Assembly: GCA_964016885.1 (NCBI GenBank)
Contig: OZ024742.1
Location: forward strand, 358,112,001 to 358,176,000
Length of the DNA: 64,000 nt
Source: Eledone cirrhosa
Taxonomy: Eukaryota
Direction of reading: 5' to 3'
Shown here: positions 63,581-64,000 of the stretch, piece after piece
How the letters are laid out: every line of letters begins with the position of its first letter
Numbering within the stretch: the first letter of the stretch is position 1
Made by a program: the position numbers and the translations under genes
The notes under the pieces: model-generated
What the model saw: only the letters and a program-made list of their open reading frames with translations
Told to the model about the DNA's origin: nothing
The model's database searches: none

Positions 63581-63600
63581 AATATAAATAAGTCTTGTTA

Positions 63601-64000
63601 CAGGGGACTAATCCCAGAATTTGTCTCCTATTATTGATGGTCGCTTGTTCAGTTTTCTTCTACGAAATGTAACGTAAATATTTCATTTTCTTCTCAACTC
63701 TCCACATTCGGTTCATTCATCTATATATCTTACAATCCCCCAGAATCAAAAAATCGTATTCAAAATTGGCTTTCTATAATTCTGTTCTGTCTCACCGTTG
63801 TTCTAAAAATAATTCTGCTCCTCGCAGGGGACTAAACCCAGAATTTGTCTCCTATTATTAATGGTCGCTTGTTCAGTTTTCTTCTACGAAATGTAACGTA
63901 AATATTTCATTTTCTTCTCAACTCTCCACATTCGGTTCATTCATCTATATATCTTACAATCCCCCAGAATCAAAAAATCGTATTCAAAATTGACTTTCTA
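63601..64000. repeat. 224-bp tandem repeat running off the window
   Basis: caggggactaa.cccagaatttgtctcc at 63601 and 63825; near-identical units. Confidence 0.9.

Overview
AT-rich, repeat-saturated animal genomic DNA (intronic or intergenic); no host protein-coding exon can be supported. The repeat families look octopod/cephalopod-like, but that is an inference from remembered repeat families, not a database result. Contents: three related RTE-clade LINE families (A, B, C), including one full-length 1022-aa APE-RT copy (21.8-25.1 kb, minus) and a 5'-truncated copy with an intact RT (6.7-9.3 kb); a decayed Penelope-like element with a minimal hammerhead motif (31.1-34.4 kb); a CR1-group LINE (60.7-62.8 kb); short R4/Dong, CRE and Tx1-like 3' remnants; two tRNA-derived SINE families; piggyBac- and hAT-type MITEs; two apparently head-to-tail non-autonomous Helitrons; a 6.6-kb hierarchical (CAC)n satellite; and many (TA)n tracts. 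The most intriguing signal is a small RNA-structure module (H-type pseudoknot plus GNRA hairpin) showing compensatory base changes. It sits in the 5' UTR of RTE-A and is tandemly repeated in the 3' UTRs of RTE-B/C and in SINE bodies. Boundaries were read by eye and are approximate.
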